DNA of 26,126 nucleotides, from IMG/VR virus record IMGVR_UViG_3300026081_000007, positions 1 to 26,126 of that record. One strand, 5' to 3'. This stretch comes from a virus. Lineage: Duplodnaviria; Caudoviricetes. A program made the translations under genes and the position numbers. Shown here piece by piece: positions 24,268 through 26,126 of this stretch. Each line of letters opens with the position of its first letter. The first letter of the stretch is position 1. The notes beneath the pieces are model-generated. The model was not told the DNA's origin. It searched no databases and worked only from the letters and a program-made list of their open reading frames with translations.

Positions 24268-24421
24268 CTTTCTTAGGACGCCAGCCACCTCTTTTGCCAT
24301 TTGCTGATTTATCCCAGTGTTGGACTGTGCCGTCTTTCAGCACACGATAACTCTTAAACTTTTTAGGCTTCTTGCCTAGCGAGTTATAAGGTTTGGGTTT
24401 ATTGGCTCTTCTGAACGCCAT
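24263..24421 (-). CDS. 52-aa basic hypothetical protein
   Basis: Hand-translated MAFRRANKPKPYNSLGKKPKKFKSYRVLKDGTVQHWDKSANGKRGGWRPKKV*; TAAATA at 24460..24465 upstream. Confidence 0.65.
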   Translation of the reverse strand: MAFRRANKPKPYNSLGKKPKKFKSYRVLKDGTVQHWDKSANGKRGGWRPKKV

Positions 24422-24554
24422 TGATAATATCCATTGCTTCCAGTATTTCTTCTATACTGTATTTACCATAAATGTGCTTGGTATCTGTCCAATGAAACTT
24501 ACCTTCTTCGTCCACTCTAACTGACCATTTTTTATCAGGTGATTCTGATATCAT
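24399..24554 (-). CDS. 51-aa hypothetical protein
   Basis: Hand-translated MISESPDKKWSVRVDEEGKFHWTDTKHIYGKYSIEEILEAMDIINGVQKSQ*; ATGA overlap with the upstream gene. Confidence 0.62.
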   Translation of the reverse strand: MISESPDKKWSVRVDEEGKFHWTDTKHIYGKYSIEEILEAMDIINGVQKSQ

Positions 24555-25438
24555 TTTGCTTTTTTTCTGCCTCTTCGCATATTAATTTGCCAACGTGCCA
24601 ATTGACCTTTTCTACCAGGTGCCTTTGCGGCTTTCTGTAATTGTGCCATTGTTGCACCTTTGGGTATGCCATGTCTTTGACTGTCCCCAGGTTTTCCAGG
24701 ACCTTTGCCATCTGCGAAGTTTTCTCTCATACTTTTAGGCTTGCCTTTGCCTAATCCTAATTTTTTAACATTGGCGTATTCACTTCCAATAGGACTGTCC
24801 TTGGTTGCATTTTGTTTAGTAATTATTCCTACGCCTTCGTTCTTAGCAATCAAATATTTTTTCTTGTAATCTTCCAAAGCGTTTTTGACTTTATCAATTG
24901 AATCTTTGTTTGCTTGATACAATATACCATATCCACCTCTGCCAGTCCAACGTTGTATATTGATTGGTCTATCGTCTATTAGTATGTTAGGTTTGTTATT
25001 CTTATTCATTGCGTAGGATTCTTTACGTCCTGTAACAATTATTTCTTGTGGTTTAGGTAAATGCTTACCTATCCAAACTTTTTTGTAGTATGCTGAATTT
25101 TTGTTATCACCTCTTAATGGCGAAGTGTTGATCGAATATATTCCGCCTGTAAAATCCTGTACCAATTTGATTAATGCATCTGCAGAATTAAATTTAGGCA
25201 AAGTTTCAAAGAAATTTGTTCCTGTAATTTTTTTTATTACTTCTGTTTTTAAATCTTTTGTTCTGTCAGAAGTAAGTTCTTTCCAATGTTGAACTCCATA
25301 CAATTTTTCTATACCACCAAAAAAATCTGCAAGGACTCCGTCCATATCCAAATAAACTGTAGGCATCGATTCCATGTTTTCATTATACAACCTTTTGTTG
25401 TAAATGTCAATGGTTCTGCTTATTTCGGAAAGACGCAT
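24551..25438 (-). CDS. 5'(3')-deoxyribonucleotidase (NT5C-type HAD) with N-terminal peptide and basic C-terminal extension
   Basis: VYLDMDGVLADF, FFETLP, KKVWI, ILIDDRPINI..W...GG.GI; about 95 extra C-terminal residues rich in K and G. Confidence 0.85.
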   Translation of the reverse strand: MRLSEISRTIDIYNKRLYNENMESMPTVYLDMDGVLADFFGGIEKLYGVQHWKELTSDRTKDLKTEVIKKITGTNFFETLPKFNSADALIKLVQDFTGGIYSINTSPLRGDNKNSAYYKKVWIGKHLPKPQEIIVTGRKESYAMNKNNKPNILIDDRPINIQRWTGRGGYGILYQANKDSIDKVKNALEDYKKKYLIAKNEGVGIITKQNATKDSPIGSEYANVKKLGLGKGKPKSMRENFADGKGPGKPGDSQRHGIPKGATMAQLQKAAKAPGRKGQLARWQINMRRGRKKAK

Positions 25439-25869
25439 TAATTAAAACCAAAATGTGTTACTTCAGGATATTTGGCAATAATTTTTCTGGCTAGTTCGTT
25501 GTGATATTTGATTGTTTTATTCATATGCCCTTCTTCTCTGCCACCAGTGTACATAGTTGGTCCACCTGGATTTTTATCCACTTGAGTCGGCTCGTATGCA
25601 GACGGCTTGTCAATATTCTTTTGAAGCCATTGCGTAGTTCTAGCAATAAATTCTTTTGCCGGTACAGGCGGTTGATTATCTTCGAAGTCTGGATTGTAAC
25701 CTAACGCATCAAGGAACTGCCTCATACTATAATTGCTCATGTATGGAGTATCTAATGGTTCGTCTTTTTGCCAAGCGTCTGGGAAGGTCCAAGTCTTTTG
25801 TGATTTGTCTTTAGGGTCTTTGAAGTAAGGCATCATTGATGCGCCTTCTAAAAGTTCGTGGAATCTCAT
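25438..25869 (-). CDS. hypothetical protein, putative internal head protein
   Basis: Starts MRFHELLE; TAATG-coupled on both sides. Confidence 0.75.
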   Translation of the reverse strand: MRFHELLEGASMMPYFKDPKDKSQKTWTFPDAWQKDEPLDTPYMSNYSMRQFLDALGYNPDFEDNQPPVPAKEFIARTTQWLQKNIDKPSAYEPTQVDKNPGGPTMYTGGREEGHMNKTIKYHNELARKIIAKYPEVTHFGFN

Positions 25870-26126
25870 TAGTCACCCTTTTGTTTGTCGTCTAACTTCT
25901 TCTGGACAAAGTCAATTAATTTCAAAGTAAATTCTTTGTTGTCAATATCTTCTTGTGTAAATGCAGGTTGCATTTCTATCTGTCTTTCTATGCCTGCAAC
26001 TTTTGTGTTAAGGAATTGCAGTATATCAACTTTCATTTGTTGATCTATGTCAGCATCATCTTTAACATACTTGTCTTTAATTTTTCCTATTTCTTGATGT
26101 GAAGCACCTTTGCCTGCGGCACTTTG
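25869..26126 (-). CDS. C-terminal part of a hypothetical modular protein (starts outside the window)
   Basis: Open frame from the window edge: QSAAGKGASHQEIGKIKDKYVKDDADID...VQKKLDDKQKGD*; TAATG overlap with the next gene. Confidence 0.75.
   Translation of the reverse strand, partial: QSAAGKGASHQEIGKIKDKYVKDDADIDQQMKVDILQFLNTKVAGIERQIEMQPAFTQEDIDNKEFTLKLIDFVQKKLDDKQKGD

Noticed and set aside
2324-25704. All plus-strand ORFs in the track (e.g. 20365..20907, 16887..17351, 23337..23660)
   Set aside because: They are antisense shadows of well-supported minus-strand genes, with low-information S/F/L/I-rich translations, mostly alternative starts and no recognisable motifs.
1-26126. tRNA, rRNA, CRISPR array, integrase or transposase
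   Set aside because: None recognised by eye. Intergenic gaps are almost all under 80 nt and are occupied by promoters or small ORFs.

Overview
AT-rich, gene-dense segment of a large T4-like dsDNA phage, probably marine. Every credible gene is on the minus strand. Reading in transcription order (right to left), there are four blocks. (1) About 26126-21165: a late block of small, basic, modular proteins with T4 internal-protein-like N-terminal peptides, TAAATA late-promoter cores, a 5'(3')-deoxyribonucleotidase and an unannotated 28-aa metallothionein-like peptide. (2) About 21089-14665: replication and nucleotide genes (peroxiredoxin, HAD phosphatase, GMP reductase, family B DNA polymerase preceded by twin RNA hairpins, DEDDh exonuclease, probable sliding clamp). 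(3) About 14661-3499: a 7-deazaguanine modification locus with a TGT/DpdA-like transglycosylase, a QueD-paralog of DpdL type, FolE and QueE, but no QueC or canonical QueD. It is interleaved with two NAD(P) oxidoreductases, a GT-B glycosyltransferase, ClpP, a purine PRTase, a HIT hydrolase, a 2OG-Fe(II) oxygenase and two SGNH-like proteins. (4) About 3497-1: RNase H/5'-3' exonuclease, hypothetical proteins and a truncated MoxR-like AAA+ ATPase. The best candidate for an undescribed system is a further-decorated (possibly glycosylated) 7-deazaguanine DNA base. Its transglycosylase ends in the same F-x-N-L-F-(D/E) peptide as the DNA polymerase, which suggests tethering to the sliding clamp. All functional calls come from motif recognition by eye; no searches were run.
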